A model generated the notes under the pieces. The model searched no databases, was not told where the DNA came from, and saw only the letters and a list, made by a program, of their open reading frames with translations. A DNA stretch of 64,000 nucleotides from an uncultured Chroococcidiopsis sp. GTDB taxonomy: Bacteria; Cyanobacteriota; Cyanobacteriia; Cyanobacteriales; Chroococcidiopsidaceae. The position numbers and the translations under genes were made by a program. This document shows, one piece after another, positions 42,577-52,775 of this stretch; the stretch's first letter is position 1, and each line of letters begins with the position of its first letter. The stretch covers positions 96,001 through 160,000 of the forward strand of contig CAXTYC010000003.1 in the NCBI GenBank assembly GCA_964248365.1. The letters are read 5' to 3'.

Positions 42577-43047
42577 CTAATGTCTGTACAAAGTAGGTGA
42601 AAGCACAATTGCTTCCGCATTCAGAACTAACAATACCTCTTGTTCCTGAAAAATACAGCCTGATAAGTAGGGAATTAATGCTGATGTTACCAGTTCTGGT
42701 GGCGCTTGAATCAAATCAGGCGTAAAGTGAGTCACACCTTTAACTTCTTGTACCAATAACCCTAAGCTAATTTGTTTAGCTTGAACAATTATTACGTTAT
42801 ACTGTTGGGCATTAGTACCTAGAGGCTGCAAACCGAGCAGCCCAGCTAGGTCTATCACCCACAAAACTCGATTGCGTCTGTTCAATAAGCCCAGTACACT
42901 CTCAGTCATATTAGGCATTGCTGTAATTCGCCTGGAGGGTATGATCAGCACCTCTCGCACCTGTTCCATCGCTAAAATTGCAGGTGTCTGTTGCTCCAGA
43001 TGAAATTTTAGAAAGCTGTCACCAGAACTTTTTTCTACAATATTCAT
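42577..43047 (-). CDS. cheW: CheW adaptor
   Basis: ITAMPNM...LGLLNRRNRVLWVIDL. Confidence 0.9.
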   Translation of the reverse strand: MNIVEKSSGDSFLKFHLEQQTPAILAMEQVREVLIIPSRRITAMPNMTESVLGLLNRRNRVLWVIDLAGLLGLQPLGTNAQQYNVIIVQAKQISLGLLVQEVKGVTHFTPDLIQAPPELVTSALIPYLSGCIFQEQEVLLVLNAEAIVLSPTLYRH

Positions 43048-43148
43048 TCACAATAGGATAGGGCAGACTTCGCAATTGAGAATTCACAATTCAAGAGTGT
43101 AATCACAAATTATAAATTATAAATTTAAAATACCATATTATTTATACA

Positions 43149-43202
43149 GTAGGGTGGGCATTGCCCACCATTATCACATTTGGTGGGCAATGCCTACCCT
43201 AC
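43149..43202. repeat. REPIN-like inverted doublet of GTAGGGTGGGCATTGCCCACC
   Basis: gtagggtgggcattgcccacca-ttatcacatt-tggtgggcaatgcctaccctac. Confidence 0.85.
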
Positions 43203-43261
43203 TTGCTTGCTGAAGAAATCGAAGTAGAATTGAATTTATGAATAATAGTGATGTATATTTA

Positions 43262-44674
43262 TCAAGTTAAATGTCTAAAGACAATCTTGAGTAAATCGGG
43301 TTGAGTAAAAGGTTTAGTTAAATACCCAGATGCTCCGACAATTCTAGCTTTAACTCGGTTGATGATTCCCGTGTTAGCTGTCACCATAATAATCGGTGTA
43401 CTCTTAAACAGAGAATGATTTCTAAGTAAGCGACACAGTTCGTATCCATCTATGCCTGCCATATTAACATCAAGTAAAATTAGGTCAGGCTTAATTTTAA
43501 TAATTTGCATTAAAGCTTTCACCGGATTGCTGATTGTAGAAACTGAAAACATATCGTCTTCTAAACAACGGTTAAGCTCTTGCAAAATTGCTGGACTATC
43601 ATCTACACAAACAATCTTGTATGTGCTTTGTGTTACTGGTTCGGGAATATTAACAGGTGGGTTAGATGTTGTTTGGGTAGGGTAACTAATCGGTACACTC
43701 GTTTGAGTCTTTGGATTTTCTTGTACTTTTTCTGGCGATTGGGGTTGAGAAGTTTTCTCTAAATTTCTGGGAGGAAATTGGATTGATTGATTAGAATTAA
43801 ATTTTCTAGGTGGCGGAATTTCTACCCGCTGGTTATCATCATTGCTAACTAAAAATTCCGAGATATCAGCTTTAATAGTAGGAGTATTATTATCCCCCGA
43901 TAGCTCAAATGTTTTTGGTAACTGGTCGAAGGGTGGATACGGATCTTGCAATAAAATAGTACCAGCTACTATGTATTGGTGCAAGCTTTGAGCGAGTTGG
44001 AGTTCATCTTGATTTAAGAGAACTGCTAAATGGCGAAAACTGAAACCTTTAAGAATAGCGCTCAGCTTTTGTTGAATTTCTGGGGGAACTTGTTGCTCTG
44101 TACGGTGACGATTTGAAAAATAGAGACGTTGGTAAGGCGACCAAACTTGCGGTGCTAAAGATCTCCACGCTTGTAGTCGCTTTTGAGAGCGAGCAACTAT
44201 CGGTTGAAAATCAAGCTGACAAAAGGCTTGACCTTCATTCATGTTTTTTTCTAGTTCGTATGTGCCTGATTTGACTGGCAAAAATGATTCAATTACTTCG
44301 TGAACCAATTGAGTAATTAATTCGGCTGCTTGAGAAGAATTCAAATACTGATGATTGACTAACCAACCAATAGCCTGATACTCAGGATTGGGTATGGAAT
44401 GATTTTCCGAGTCTGATTCAAATATTAAACTAAGCTGCGCCCTAATTTCACTAGTAATTGCAGGAATCTGATGGCTGAGGCGGTGTAAATGACAATCGAG
44501 CCGATCAAATGGAGCAATTGAATGTGCAGCGTAGGTAATTTTTCCTTTTTCCAGATAGATCGACCAAGTAACAGACCCACTAGTTACTTGCAAATGAGCG
44601 CTATCATAGCAATCGGATAAGTGAGCTAGTAAACTCAGGGGACTTAATTTTTGGAAGGTTCCACAGCTAGCCAT
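43262..44674 (-). CDS. PatA-family response regulator (PATAN + REC)
   Basis: N-terminal PATAN-like region; C-terminal REC (CVDDS, LLDVNM, YLTKPF). Confidence 0.88.
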   Translation of the reverse strand: MASCGTFQKLSPLSLLAHLSDCYDSAHLQVTSGSVTWSIYLEKGKITYAAHSIAPFDRLDCHLHRLSHQIPAITSEIRAQLSLIFESDSENHSIPNPEYQAIGWLVNHQYLNSSQAAELITQLVHEVIESFLPVKSGTYELEKNMNEGQAFCQLDFQPIVARSQKRLQAWRSLAPQVWSPYQRLYFSNRHRTEQQVPPEIQQKLSAILKGFSFRHLAVLLNQDELQLAQSLHQYIVAGTILLQDPYPPFDQLPKTFELSGDNNTPTIKADISEFLVSNDDNQRVEIPPPRKFNSNQSIQFPPRNLEKTSQPQSPEKVQENPKTQTSVPISYPTQTTSNPPVNIPEPVTQSTYKIVCVDDSPAILQELNRCLEDDMFSVSTISNPVKALMQIIKIKPDLILLDVNMAGIDGYELCRLLRNHSLFKSTPIIMVTANTGIINRVKARIVGASGYLTKPFTQPDLLKIVFRHLT

Positions 44675-45354
44675 TTAGCACTTAAACCTTTGAAGAAAAC
44701 TTAGAATAATTTGAAGAAGCTTTGAAGTTAATTTTTATATTTATTAATTGCTTGCGCAAAAGCTATATTAAATGAAAAACTCTACTTCATGGCTCGTACT
44801 CCTGCTCAAAACTTAAGTGCCAAACGTTACGTTAAGTAATTTTTCTTGAATATAGCGCAATTTATCAGAATTAACCATCTCGTTTACAGTTTTTTTAGTC
44901 GATCGCCCGATTGGGGATGGGATGGGGAATGATTCAAGGATAGCTCTCTTTTTAGGCTGTAGTACTTTATCTGAGGGCATTCTAGCCTTATAATTAAAAA
45001 TGTGCATTTTTTTCTGGAATAGCTCTGATTATTGTTGTTTAGTTTGTCAGATGTATAAAAATTTGATTTTTGGATGTAATATTATCTAAGACTATCTAGC
45101 CCAGTTAGCCGTTTTAATTTTAGCGATATATTTATTGTTAATAATGTTGAACTTAAGCTCTTTTTTTTGTATTCAGATAAATTCAGTTTAGGTTTGCTGC
45201 TATTGGCGGTAAATCAAACCATCGATAGCATGACCAGGGTTCGCTGAATTATCATAGATAAAATACTATTTATGCAAGCAGCTGGTCTACCCAGTTAATT
45301 GGTGATTAAAAGCTACATCAATTAAACTCGCCTATCTCCCATCTAAAGTTAGAT

Positions 45355-46032
45355 ATGTCTGACCAATTTCAACTTGACGAAGCGGTAGAGTTTGCCGAAA
45401 ATCCAGAAGCTCGATGTCCTTGTGTTCTTTTACTAGATACTTCTGGCTCTATGCAAGGTACACCTATTGATGCTTTAAATGAAGGGCTGCGCGGGTTTAA
45501 AGAGGACTTGATGAAAAACTCCCTGGCTTCTCGACGGGTGGAGGTAGCACTGGTTACTTTTGACAGTGATGTAAAAGTAGTGCATGAATTTGTAACTGCT
45601 GACACTTTTGAGCCTCCAACATTAACCGCCCAGGGATTAACTTGTTTAGGTTCAGGAATTCATCTTGCCTTGGATATAATTCAAAAACGCAAAGCATTAT
45701 ACCGCGCCAATGGAGTGGCGTATTATCGTCCCTGGATATTTATGGTTACTGACGGAGAGCCGCAAGGAGAGCCAGAGCCAATCATTGAGCAGGTAAAGCA
45801 ACGCATTAAAGAAGATGAAGCGAACAAGCGAGTGGCTTTTTTCTGTGTGGGGGTGGAAAATGCTAACCTAAACCGTTTAAGTCAAATTTCTGTGCGTACT
45901 CCGCTAAAGCTCAAAGGACTAGACTTTACCGAAATGTTCCTCTGGCTTTCAGCTAGTATGGCAGCAGTTTCCCACTCTATGGTAGATGAGCAGGTAGCAC
46001 TGCCACCAGTAGGATGGGGAGTTGTGCAGTGA
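45355..46032 (+). CDS. TerY-like vWA domain protein
   Basis: ENPEARCPCVLLLDTSGSM MIDAS motif, YYRPWIFMVTDGEP, FLWLSAS. Confidence 0.9.
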   Translation: MSDQFQLDEAVEFAENPEARCPCVLLLDTSGSMQGTPIDALNEGLRGFKEDLMKNSLASRRVEVALVTFDSDVKVVHEFVTADTFEPPTLTAQGLTCLGSGIHLALDIIQKRKALYRANGVAYYRPWIFMVTDGEPQGEPEPIIEQVKQRIKEDEANKRVAFFCVGVENANLNRLSQISVRTPLKLKGLDFTEMFLWLSASMAAVSHSMVDEQVALPPVGWGVVQ

Positions 46033-46212
46033 CTTGCACGACAAACAAATATTATCTGTTATGGCAGCAGGGGGGAGCAAAAAAACAAGCTGGTTAATTG
46101 ACGTAATAATACATATCATCGTAAACCGAAGTTGTATTAAAAAGCGATACACTTTTTGAAAAATTTCTATTTTGCCTACAAAGGGCGAGGTATGCAGAAG
46201 GGATGGGCATGA

Positions 46213-47034
46213 ATGCGTAACAATACCGAAGATGAACTGTATCAAAAAGGACGGTTGAATACTTATCAACAGTTACGGCAGTGGCGAGTAGGAGCAGCGT
46301 CAGTTCGTGGCACAAGTCATGAAAAAGTTGGACAACTTTGTCAAGATGCTCACCACTGGCAAAAGTTGCCCGACTCAGTTTTAGTAACTGCGGTAGGAGA
46401 TGGTGCAGGTTCTGCATCTTTGGGCAAAGTCGGAGCAATTGTTGCTACACAAACAGCAGTAGAAACTATTTGTGCCGAAGAGTCTAGGCTGTACTACACG
46501 AATGATGAACAAGGATGGCAAGAAATTCTGACTGGGGCTTTGTCAGCGGCGAAAACAGCTGTAGAAGCTGAAGCCCTCGTGTGTGGTGTGACGGCGCGGG
46601 AATTAGCTACAACTTTGATTATAGTAGTAGCTACGCCCCAGTTAATTGCAGGTGTGCAGGTGGGTGATGGTTTAGCAGTGGCAAGCGATCGCAGTGGCAA
46701 TTTTTATTCCCTCACTTCGCCACAGCGAGGAGAATACATTAACGAAACTACTTTTCTTGTCTCTCCTAACGCCTTGGACACAGTAGAGGTTTCTTTGTGG
46801 CGTGGGGCAACGTCTCATATTGCAGTATTCTCGGATGGCTTGCAAATGCTGGCTGTGAACATGAACGATGGCACACCGTATGTGCCATTCTTTTCTCCGT
46901 TATTCGAGTTTATGGCAAACATTGAGGATGAGAATGAAGCCAAAGAGCAACTGGCAGCATTTCTGCGCTCTCCACGCATTACAGACCGAACTGACGATGA
47001 TTTAACACTTTTATTGGCGACACTTGTGAGTTGA
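46213..47034 (+). CDS. PP2C-like phosphatase of TerY-P triad
   Basis: SVRGTSH...CQD, DGAGSA, VGDG, GEYINETTF, SDG, TDDDLTL. Confidence 0.88.
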   Translation: MRNNTEDELYQKGRLNTYQQLRQWRVGAASVRGTSHEKVGQLCQDAHHWQKLPDSVLVTAVGDGAGSASLGKVGAIVATQTAVETICAEESRLYYTNDEQGWQEILTGALSAAKTAVEAEALVCGVTARELATTLIIVVATPQLIAGVQVGDGLAVASDRSGNFYSLTSPQRGEYINETTFLVSPNALDTVEVSLWRGATSHIAVFSDGLQMLAVNMNDGTPYVPFFSPLFEFMANIEDENEAKEQLAAFLRSPRITDRTDDDLTLLLATLVS

Positions 47035-47041
47035 TTTTGCC

Positions 47042-49159
47042 ATGCGGTTGCAACGTAAATCCAACCAACAAATTATTACCTTGGATCTCAACTCGACGCT
47101 CGGACATGGAGGAGAAGCCCGTGTCTTTGCCGTGCCGCCCGATGAGAAACTGGTAGCAAAGGTTTATCACAAACCCAAAGAAACTTATGCTCGCAAATTA
47201 TCTGCGATGCTTGCCAATCCACCGGAAAACCCGATGGCAGCACAAGGGCATATTTCAATCGCTTGGCCGATTGACTTGCTCCTGACAACGGACTCTAGCG
47301 CTCGTAGTGTCGGCTTTGTGATGCCGCGAGTCCAAGGAATGCGATCGCTACTAGACTTTTACAATCCCAAGACTCGCCGCCAAAAGTGTCCGTTTTTCAA
47401 CTATCTATATCTCATCCGCACCGCCCGAAACATTGCTGCTGCTATGGGAGCATTACACGCCAGGGGATACTGTGTGGGAGATGTCAACGAATCGAATATT
47501 CTTGTCAGTGACACCGCCCTAGTTACACTCGTAGATACAGACTCATTTCAGGTGCGCGATCTCCATACAGGTCAGATTTACCGCTGTGGGGTAGGAAAGC
47601 CAGAATTCACCCCGCCGGAACTCCAGGGCAAAAATTTTGGGCAGATAGATCGAGCGCCGGAACATGATTTATTTGGGTTAGCCGTCCTGATCTTTCAACT
47701 TTTGATGGAAGGCACGCACCCATTTTCCGGTATTTATCAAGGTACAGGCGACCCTCCGCCCTATGCTGCCCGAATTGCCTCTGGGCATTTTACCTACAGT
47801 CTAGCCCGTCGCGTACCCTACGTGCCAACACCAATTGCACCCAAGTGGGACATTTTGCATCCCACGTTGCGGCAACTGTTTGTGCATTGTTTTGAAGACG
47901 GTCACAACACCCCACAATCCCGCCCTAGCGCCCAGACTTGGCAAGCTGCGCTTAAGGAAGCAGAAAATGCCTTAGTTACTTGTAGTGTGAATAACCAGCA
48001 TCGCTACAGCAACCATCTCAAGGATTGTCCTTGGTGCGAACGTACCGTGAAACTAGGAGGGCGAGATCCATTTCCATCGTGGCAGGCAGTGCAAAAGCGT
48101 CAACACCTCCAACCCCTGCCGCCAAAGCGAACACCTGTATACAAGCAGTATAAAAGTCCTAGCCCTGCTTATTATTATCCCAGCACTGCCACTAAGCAAA
48201 CGCCTTTGTTATTAACGCTTCCCAGAAAGCACAGAAAGCTGACGAAAAAAAAGTTTAACTTATTGATGTTTGGTATATTTGGTTTTGGCTTTTTGGGCTT
48301 GTTAGAGTTATTTCTGATTTTTAACGATGTGGAGCTGCCTTTTGATAATAATTCTAAAGTTAGCTCAACAAATAATCCTCTCGATCAAGCTAGCTTGGCA
48401 ACTAAAAGTGGCGAGGGTTTTGTCGCTTACTACAATCAAGGCAATGCTTACTACAAAGTGGGAGACTACGAGGGAGCAATTGATAACTATAATCGTGCCA
48501 TCCAGCTCAGACCCAAAGATGCCCAAGCTTACTTGAATCGAGGTAACGCCCGCTATGAAGTGGCACAACATAGCGGAGATCCTGATAGCTTGTATAAGGC
48601 AGCAATTGATGACTTTAACAAGTCACTGCGTCTTAAACCGAATCAAGGGGAAGCTTTCTTAAGTCGTGGGATTGTGCGCTACGAAGTTGCACAATACAGC
48701 AAAAGCCCTGAGCAAGACCTCAGCCTAGCAATTAATGACTTTAATCAAGCTTTGAGCCTAAATCCCAAAGTGCCTAAAGCTTATGTAAAACGGGGAATTG
48801 TCCACTATAAGCTTGCACAATACAAAGGAGATTTGAATCAAGGCTACAAGGCAGCAATTGCGGATTTCAACCGAGCATTAACTCTCAATCCCCAGGAAGC
48901 AGAAGCTTATCTTAAGCGGGGAATTGTTCGTTATGAACTGGCACAATACAGCGGAAACCATGACCGCGCAGCCGTCGAAGATTTACAGACAGCAGCCAAA
49001 CTCTTTCTCAAGCAGGGCAATATAGAAGATTATCAACTAGCTTTAGGTAATATTTGTGTTGCCCTTGACAAAAATTGTGATTCATTCCTCAGAAATCCAG
49101 AAAAATTCATTTTGTCAGTACCCCAACCCCGTCCAGAAGAAGTTAAACAAGCCAATTAA
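47042..49159 (+). CDS. TerY-P type Ser/Thr kinase with Zn ribbon, TM and C-terminal TPRs
   Basis: GHGGEARV, VAKVY, GDVNESNILV, VDTDSF, CSVN..H..CPWC, hydrophobic segment, TPR repeats. Confidence 0.88.
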   Translation: MRLQRKSNQQIITLDLNSTLGHGGEARVFAVPPDEKLVAKVYHKPKETYARKLSAMLANPPENPMAAQGHISIAWPIDLLLTTDSSARSVGFVMPRVQGMRSLLDFYNPKTRRQKCPFFNYLYLIRTARNIAAAMGALHARGYCVGDVNESNILVSDTALVTLVDTDSFQVRDLHTGQIYRCGVGKPEFTPPELQGKNFGQIDRAPEHDLFGLAVLIFQLLMEGTHPFSGIYQGTGDPPPYAARIASGHFTYSLARRVPYVPTPIAPKWDILHPTLRQLFVHCFEDGHNTPQSRPSAQTWQAALKEAENALVTCSVNNQHRYSNHLKDCPWCERTVKLGGRDPFPSWQAVQKRQHLQPLPPKRTPVYKQYKSPSPAYYYPSTATKQTPLLLTLPRKHRKLTKKKFNLLMFGIFGFGFLGLLELFLIFNDVELPFDNNSKVSSTNNPLDQASLATKSGEGFVAYYNQGNAYYKVGDYEGAIDNYNRAIQLRPKDAQAYLNRGNARYEVAQHSGDPDSLYKAAIDDFNKSLRLKPNQGEAFLSRGIVRYEVAQYSKSPEQDLSLAINDFNQALSLNPKVPKAYVKRGIVHYKLAQYKGDLNQGYKAAIADFNRALTLNPQEAEAYLKRGIVRYELAQYSGNHDRAAVEDLQTAAKLFLKQGNIEDYQLALGNICVALDKNCDSFLRNPEKFILSVPQPRPEEVKQAN

Positions 49160-49346
49160 AGGGGCTAGGGGATGCTTGGATTAATGTCGCGCGCTCGTCG
49201 CATTCGCGCAGCGGGGTTCGCAGGCTAGACGCAAAAGCTAAGAAGTTTTTTAGTCTGTTGGTGTCCGAGCATCATAAGTGCGAATATTTGAGATTAATGA
49301 TTTACACAATTTTAACTGTTGCCAGTTCAAAACCAAATAGTGTGAA

Positions 49347-49732
49347 AGGTACAGTGTTTGCTGCAAGATATCCCCTAGCTGGAATTTTGTTATAACCTTG
49401 AGTTTGGTAAAAATTAATTGTGGCATTTTCACCAGAACGACCACTGGCATTTAATGCTTTCAATTCTTTAGTATTGGTATTATAAATGAGCCAAAAGTTG
49501 TCCCCTCCAATACTATCCATGTGGGGATAAACCACTGTTAAAGTAGTTGCCGCAGTAATAAGGAGGAGAAAGGCAAAAAAATGGCGCTCGTCAAACTAGA
49601 TAACTCGTGCCGCACAATCCTTCCGCCTTTTGCACGTCTGCCATTTTTTTATGTCCTTGTACTTAGCAGCTTCAACGGCATTTGCTCCCAGCTGGAGAAT
49701 CTCTAAAGCGGCTTGGGAAGCAAGATCTAAAG
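49347..49732 (-). pseudogene. ggt: gamma-glutamyltransferase N-terminal remnant interrupted by an insertion
   Basis: LASQAALEILQLGANAVEAA | ITAATTLTVVYPHMDSIGGDNFWLIY...LNASGRS...ANTVP, then truncated. Confidence 0.82.
49561..49663. mobile_element. 103-bp MITE-like insertion flanked by TA duplication
   Basis: TA at 49559-49560 and 49664-49665; subterminal inverted repeat AAAAAAATGGC/GCCATTTTTTT; removal restores the ggt frame. Confidence 0.7.
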
Positions 49733-49843
49733 AGGGTAGCCCTCATTTTTTAAGTCGTTTTTCCCAGGGAAGAAAAGGCTATAAAAACGCAAAAAGAGGG
49801 CTTAAAACCCTCTTTCTTACGTTTTTGTAGGTATTTATCTTTA

Positions 49844-49916
49844 TACCCCCAGGGGAATTCGAATCCCCGTCGCCTCCGTGAAAGGGAGGTGTCCTAGGCC
49901 TCTAGACGATGGGGGC
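49844..49916 (-). tRNA. tRNA-Glu(TTC)
   Basis: GCCCCCATCGTCTAGAGGCCTAGGACACCTCCCTTTCACGGAGGCGACGGGGATTCGAATTCCCCTGGGGGTA; cloverleaf with TTC anticodon, CCA not encoded. Confidence 0.97.
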
Positions 49917-50021
49917 ATCTGAAGCTCAACCTTTACTAGGGTAACTAATATAACTGGGTCTGTCAATACCTAAAGCAAAATAATTTTTTTGCCAGTTGTT
50001 TGCTGCTAGCAGCAAGCAAGC

Positions 50022-50300
50022 CTATGCTAAATCAGATGAGTTACGCAAACGCATTAGCTGGCGGCGCATTTGTGGAGAAGCGTCAAGCTCAGAAATCTCC
50101 TGAGTTTTGACGCTTGTGTGCAAGGGTTCCAGGTAATCATCAGATCCGGCTAGAAATGCATCAATCAGCAAGTCTAATAGCTTGTCGCGATCGCTTAAGG
50201 CGCATTTCTCCTCAATTAACCGAAATTTCAGGTTAATTTCGCACTCATAAACACTAATTTCTACCTTTTGATTTGGTTGTGATGCTGCGTCAGATTTCAT
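50022..50300 (-). CDS. Npun_R1517-family protein
   Basis: VYECEINLKFRLIEEK...ASPQMRRQLMRLRNS. Confidence 0.8.
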   Translation of the reverse strand: MKSDAASQPNQKVEISVYECEINLKFRLIEEKCALSDRDKLLDLLIDAFLAGSDDYLEPLHTSVKTQEISELDASPQMRRQLMRLRNSSDLA

Positions 50301-51259
50301 TGCTGCAAAAGTTTCCTAGGTTGGCGCTAAATTGAGAATGAGAATTTGTCTTCTAAAAAACGAAAGAGCTTTTTGAGCCAAAAGAATCAGCTTGGTTGAA
50401 GCTCCAGCTTTTGAATTGTGAAAGTGTTATTTGAAGAGTCATCTTCAAACAGCTTTACACAACGGCAAGCTGGCAACTGTGTGCTCTAACTTTCCTTCTG
50501 TATTTTTTTTACCAACTTTTTGTCAGCAAAGAAGCGCGTTAACATTCCTTCAGCTAACGTTTATCAGTTTGGTAAAAAGAGTTGTATTTGCATCTACTGG
50601 TATCGTCGGAGTCTCCTATATTCAGTAAATATCCTTTGCTTACCCAGGTTAGAATATCGAAATTCCAGTAGTAGATTAGACAGACAACTACTATTATTCA
50701 GTTTTTAAGATTGGATATAGTAAAGTTTGTGTAAGGAATTTGTAAGAGTTTCAAAAGATTTTTTTTCGACAACTTATATTACAGTTAGACACAGGTTTCC
50801 TTTGTTACGGTAAGGTTGTTAGCTTACCAGAGCTTACCAGACCCAAATAGGGAAAAGAAGTATCTGATTAGGGCATTGCTCAACCTTAAACTCACTACTC
50901 TAATAAGGAAACAGTATTTACCCGCAATTCAAAGATATGAACTGGCTACAGTCGAGCTAGCCCTTGAAGTGAGGAATGTTAAAAAAGACTCACCTGTTGA
51001 AGTATGTAGTCGGTTGTCGAAATGGACAACTCACCACTTGCCACAGCTATCCCAACTGGGTTTGAGAGGAGCATTAATAAAGTTGCGATCGCACACTTGC
51101 CGATCAATTACACTAGGAGTTTAGGATTAAGAATAGATCTGTTGCAAAAATCTATATTACCCAGAAGGTCTGCCACCCTTGCCCACCAAATTATGGAAGG
51201 TGGGCTTTTACTGCCCCGAAGGGGGCTTGTCAAGCTAAGACGTTTGGAGACTGCTACTG

Positions 51260-51802
51260 ATGACTACTTGTGTTCGTGGTGTAATTTTTGTTGTAGATGA
51301 CAACATTGATACTGATCAAATTATTCCAGCAGAGTATCTGACGCTCGTTCCCTCCAAACCCGACGAGTATGAAAAGCTAGGCAGTTATGCAATGGCTGGT
51401 TTACCTGAGCGCTACGGCTTGTTTGTACCAGCAGGAGAAATGAAAACACCCTACTCGATTATTGTGGCTGGGGAAAACTTTGGTTGTGGTTCTTCACGGG
51501 AACACGCACCAATCGCATTGGGTGCTTGCGGTGTAAAAGCTGTAGTTGCCCAATCTTACGCCCGAATATTTTTCCGTAATTGCGCCTCGACAGGAGAATT
51601 ATACCCTTGGGAGTCAGTCGAGCGGCTATGCGATCGCTTTAAAACAGGGCAAGAAGTTTCGATTGATTTTGACAACAATCAAATTATCAATCACACACTT
51701 GATCAGGTGTATAGCCTCAAGCCTCTAGGGGAAATTAAACCCGTAATCGATGCAGGCGGCATTTTTGCTTACGCTCGCCAAACTGGAATGATTGCTCGTT
51801 AG
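51260..51802 (+). CDS. leuD: 3-isopropylmalate dehydratase small subunit
   Basis: DNIDTDQIIPA, NFGCGSSREHAP, SYARIFFRN. Confidence 0.95.
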   Translation: MTTCVRGVIFVVDDNIDTDQIIPAEYLTLVPSKPDEYEKLGSYAMAGLPERYGLFVPAGEMKTPYSIIVAGENFGCGSSREHAPIALGACGVKAVVAQSYARIFFRNCASTGELYPWESVERLCDRFKTGQEVSIDFDNNQIINHTLDQVYSLKPLGEIKPVIDAGGIFAYARQTGMIAR

Positions 51803-51987
51803 ATGAGGGGCTAGGGGCTAGAGGCGAGAGGAACCAGAGGAACCAGAGGCTAGAGGAACCAGAGGATTTTGGATTATAATTTCTCCCCCAGCTTCCCCAG
51901 CTCCCCCAGCTCTGTTTTCTCCTACTCCCTCCACATAAGGGTTTAAAATGAACCCAGTGTGATTAATAAAAGTTAAATCATCCACTC

Positions 51988-52338
51988 ATGGAAGAGCAGC
52001 TACTCAAGTCTACAACCCGCCATATCCGCATTTTTTCCGCCGAAGTGAATGAGGATGGTGAACTTGTTCCAAGCGGGCAAGTTCTTACTTTGGATGTCGA
52101 TCCTGATAATGAATTTAACTGGAACGAAGACGCTCTACAAAAGGTTTATCAGAGGTTTGATGAACTGGTAGAGTCTCACAGTGGATCTGACTTAACAGAC
52201 TACAATTTGCGCCGCATTGGTTCAGATTTGGAACATTTCTTGCGATCGCTCTTACAAAGTGGTCAGATCAGCTATAACTTAAATGGTCGCGCACTCAACT
52301 ACAGCATGGGATTATCTCAAGTAGCTGTTGATGAGTAG
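51988..52338 (+). CDS. ndhM: NDH-1 subunit M
   Basis: [37 protein letters not shown]. Confidence 0.95.
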   Translation: MEEQLLKSTTRHIRIFSAEVNEDGELVPSGQVLTLDVDPDNEFNWNEDALQKVYQRFDELVESHSGSDLTDYNLRRIGSDLEHFLRSLLQSGQISYNLNGRALNYSMGLSQVAVDE

Positions 52339-52496
52339 CAATTAGCTTTTAGCTTTTAGCTATTAGCTAAAAGCTATCAGCAACACTCATTGATCCGCTC
52401 TTGTATTAAAGATCCCAAAAAGCTAGAAACAAAGAAGATCTACGCGCCAGCTAACAGCGCGCCAGCTAACCGTGCGCAGCTAATAGCTTTCTAATA

Positions 52497-52775
52497 CTAC
52501 CAAATTCGATTTCCGTCTTCGTCAACTCTTGCTTGCCGAATTACGTCAGAAATTTCTTCAGCATCTTTGACATGGTGGAGAGCTTTTTCTTCGCCGTCGG
52601 GTTCTTCCACCACGAAATAAGTTGGTACTTTAATGTGATCGCCTGTGATGTCAGGTGAGTCTACCGCTACTTGTTTTGCCTTTTCTTCTATAGATTGTGG
52701 TTCGTCAGCAATCACATCACCTGGGTTAACTGATTGATGAGTATCCAGTTTTTCGTAGTTGTTGTCCTTATTCAT
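52497..52775 (-). CDS. small acidic hypothetical protein
   Basis: 92-aa ORF, AVDSPDITGDHIKVPTYF...LHHVKDAEEISDVIRQAR. Confidence 0.7.
   Translation of the reverse strand: MNKDNNYEKLDTHQSVNPGDVIADEPQSIEEKAKQVAVDSPDITGDHIKVPTYFVVEEPDGEEKALHHVKDAEEISDVIRQARVDEDGNRIW

Noticed and set aside
45355..49916. Genomic island integrated at tRNA-Glu carrying TerY-P
   Set aside because: I found no duplicated tRNA 3' end and no integrase in the window.
50816..51300. Two ~100-aa plus-strand ORFs upstream of leuD
   Set aside because: No recognisable motifs, weak starts, and they overlap each other.
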